Made by a program: the position numbers and the translations under genes. From the NCBI GenBank assembly GCA_021838445.1, contig JAKCDU010000010.1, positions 386-64,385 of the forward strand: DNA of 64,000 nucleotides, read 5' to 3'. The stretch's first letter is position 1. Each line of letters begins with the position of its first letter. Below are positions 62,193 through 64,000 of this stretch, piece by piece. The notes under the pieces were generated by a model, which saw only the letters and a program-made list of their open reading frames with translations, was not told the DNA's origin and made no database searches. The DNA is from Actinomycetes bacterium. GTDB lineage: Bacteria > Actinomycetota > Acidimicrobiia > Acidimicrobiales > Palsa-688.

Positions 62193-62999
62193 TCAAGGCA
62201 GCGGGCTCGGGTCCTTGGCGGGTGGGTCTCCCTCGGCCTGGCGGGCCAGCCAGCGGCGCATGGTGTCGGCCGTGGTCGGCAGAGCCACTGCGGCGAGGAA
62301 GTTGCGGCCCTCGACCCGGAAGCCCTCGGAGGTGGTGCGCCGGGCGGCGAGGAGGGCCTGTTTGGCCGCGGCCAGAACCGCCGGGCCGCGCCCGGCGAGC
62401 CGCTCGGCGAGGTCCAGCGCGCTCTGCTGCGGGGCGTCGGAGAGCAGCTGGGCCAGGCCTATGCGGTGGGCTTCGGCGCCGGAGATGGTCTCCCCCGAGA
62501 AGCACAGGAGGCTGGCCCAGCCATGTCCGACCAGGGCGGGCAGCCGCTGGGTCCCACCGGCGCCCGGTATGAGACCCATCTGCGCCTCCATGACCCCGAG
62601 TCGGGCCTGGGGGGCCACGATCCGGATGTCGGCGGCCAGGGTCAGCTCGAGCCCGCCGCACGACGCCTGGTCGTCGACGGCGACGATGGTCGCCGAGGGG
62701 TAGCACTCCAGGCCGCTGATGGCGGCCAGCCAGGGGGCCCAGTCGGCGATGGGACGCCCGGCGGCCATCTCGAGCACCTCGCTCAGCTCGGCGTGCAAGA
62801 TCGACACGTCGAGGACCAGCACCGGTGGCTCCGCACGAGTCGACCGCTCGTCGATCAGCGACGCGAGCTGGGCCGCGCCCGAGATACCCATGGTCCGCCG
62901 CTGTCCTCCCTCGAAGCGGATCACCGTTACCGCGTCGTCGCGGGTCACGACCCACGGGTGGTCGACCGGGCCGGCCTCCACCTCGGAGGTGGCGGACAT
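62193..62999 (-). CDS. Enoyl-CoA hydratase/isomerase (crotonase) family protein
   Basis: Crotonase core: CGGLELTLAADIRIVAPQARLGVMEAQMGLIPGAGGTQRL. Confidence 0.85.
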   Translation of the reverse strand: MSATSEVEAGPVDHPWVVTRDDAVTVIRFEGGQRRTMGISGAAQLASLIDERSTRAEPPVLVLDVSILHAELSEVLEMAAGRPIADWAPWLAAISGLECYPSATIVAVDDQASCGGLELTLAADIRIVAPQARLGVMEAQMGLIPGAGGTQRLPALVGHGWASLLCFSGETISGAEAHRIGLAQLLSDAPQQSALDLAERLAGRGPAVLAAAKQALLAARRTTSEGFRVEGRNFLAAVALPTTADTMRRWLARQAEGDPPAKDPSPLP

Positions 63000-63018
63000 G
63001 CGCCGCTCCTCGGGCCGG

Positions 63019-63561
63019 CTAGCCGACCCGCGACTTGAACAGGTCGGCGGCGAGCGAACCCGAGAAGTCGTACTTGAAGGAGTCCCCGCTGACGGTGCCG
63101 TCGGCGTGGACGATGTGGGTCAGGGGGCCGGCGATGTCGATGAAGTCCTGGACGGTCAGCTGCGAGATGACGTCGCTGGCCGGGTCGGGCCCCTCGTGGT
63201 TCTCGAGCAGGACGTTGCTGTCGCTCTCGAAGATGCCCCTCGACTGGAACCCGGAGACGCTGTAGGGGGTGTGGAAGCTTCCCGTCGCCTCGTAGGAGAA
63301 CATGCCCTGCTGCACCATGTTCTCGCCCTCCCGGTAGCCGAACTCGCCCTCCACGGTGAACGACATGGCCCGGCAGATGTGGAAGTGCGATGGGAAGTCC
63401 GGCGCGCCCTTGTCCATCTTGAAGGCGTAGGCCACGGTGTTGGTCGGAACGTGGATGGTGAGGGCCTTGAAGTAGGAGCCGGGCGAAACCTCGACCCATT
63501 CCATTTCCTGCTCCTGGATGTCAGCGGTCACAGACTCCATGTTGGACAGCCCGAGCGGCAT
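63019..63561 (-). CDS. Cupin-domain protein (dioxygenase-like)
   Basis: 180 aa. His-containing cupin motifs PSHFHICRAMSFTVEGEF and GSFHTPY. An alternative start is ATG 63540 (MESVTAD). Confidence 0.65.
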   Translation of the reverse strand: MPLGLSNMESVTADIQEQEMEWVEVSPGSYFKALTIHVPTNTVAYAFKMDKGAPDFPSHFHICRAMSFTVEGEFGYREGENMVQQGMFSYEATGSFHTPYSVSGFQSRGIFESDSNVLLENHEGPDPASDVISQLTVQDFIDIAGPLTHIVHADGTVSGDSFKYDFSGSLAADLFKSRVG

Positions 63562-63836
63562 GCGATCTTCCCCCTGTTGACCCTCAGCAGTGTTCCCACT
63601 GCCTCGCCGACATCAGCGCCGACGATGAAAGCACCGTAACAGTAGATACGGTCGGGCTCAAGGGGCCCATTCGCGACGGTCGCCCGGTTCTGGACCTCGA
63701 CGTTTCCGAACGAGCAGTTTCCTACCTCCGCCTGATCGGGACCCACCACGCGCCAGCGGAGGGGTCGCGCCGTTGCGCGACCTCCGGGCCAGGGTAAGCG
63801 TGCCGGGGTCGCCCGTCGGGGCGGCCGCCCCCGGGG

Positions 63837-64000
63837 TCAGCGCTCGACCAGGAGGCCGGTCAGGTCCCAGTCGTCAGGACCCCGCCGGGGGGCCACGGCC
63901 CTGATGATGATCCGCGGCGAAGCGCGACCGACACCGTTGGCTGCGGTGACGGTGTAGGTGACGGTGACGGTGCCGGCCGCTCCCGGAAGCCCACGGACGT
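63837..64000 (-). CDS. 3' end of an unidentified minus-strand gene that continues beyond the window
   Basis: The reading frame ends ..TVTVTYTVTAANGVGRASPRIIIRAVAPRRGPDDWDLTGLLVER-TGA (stop at 63837-63839), with G/C at nearly all third positions. A GC hairpin lies downstream at about 63758-63785. Confidence 0.35.
   Translation of the reverse strand, partial: VRGLPGAAGTVTVTYTVTAANGVGRASPRIIIRAVAPRRGPDDWDLTGLLVER

Noticed and set aside
63528-63749. A 73-aa minus-strand ORF (MVGPDQAEVGNCSFGNVEVQ...) upstream of the cupin gene, faintly reminiscent of a hexapeptide-repeat fragment.
   Set aside because: It overlaps the cupin start in another frame. Its third-position GC is only moderate. It is too short and too degenerate to call, so at most it is a gene remnant.
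1-64000. Mobile-element hallmarks (integrase, transposase, IS inverted repeats, tRNA or tmRNA attachment sites), rRNA or tRNA genes, and prophage genes.
   Set aside because: No translation shows integrase or transposase motifs. No intergenic region is long or structured enough for a tRNA. Nothing supports calling an island boundary.

Overview
The window is 64 kb, very GC-rich and almost entirely coding. It reads like an Actinomycetota chromosome, possibly an Acidimicrobiia-like lineage. That is an inference from the GC content, frequent GTG/TTG starts, ATGA/GTGA gene overlaps, a mycothiol-type DinB protein and GYW..DGGVF propeller repeats. I support about 38 protein genes. I found no rRNA, tRNA, CRISPR, integrase or transposase.

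Layout:
- (1) 1-8405 (+): two translationally coupled giant surface proteins.
- (2) 8545-38557 (all on the minus strand, about 30 kb): an Ig/Calx/propeller surface protein; a Ser/Thr kinase - PP2C - FHA - kinase - FHA-like signalling block; a 2110-aa cadherin-like/FN3 protein; and a MoxR - DUF58 - transglutaminase-like operon. That operon is translationally coupled to an EssC/EccC-type FtsK ATPase, followed by a WXG100 gene, a WXG100-fusion protein, a coupled small ORF and a lipoprotein. This is a T7SS-like module without recognisable canonical T7SS membrane partners.
- (3) 39082-44642: an HTH-STAND-TM-WD40 protein, divergent from a PadR-like regulator plus a membrane protein.
- (4) 44678-49769: methyltransferase, DinB-like protein, class B PBP, galE and a small membrane protein.
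- (5) 49896-55961 (-): five translationally coupled genes, encoding a sigma-r4-like HTH protein, a coiled-coil protein, a P-loop-less partner, a BrxD/DUF2791-like ATPase and a wHTH-SF2 helicase. A 28-bp tandem palindrome-bearing repeat array sits directly upstream. This is my best candidate for an undescribed system.
- (6) 56208-63561: an acyl-CoA/lipid-type catabolic cluster (SRPBCC, TetR, DUF35-thiolase fusion, acyl-CoA synthetase, P450, enoyl-CoA hydratase, cupin).

All functional calls come from motif-level reading of the translations. No database search was run.
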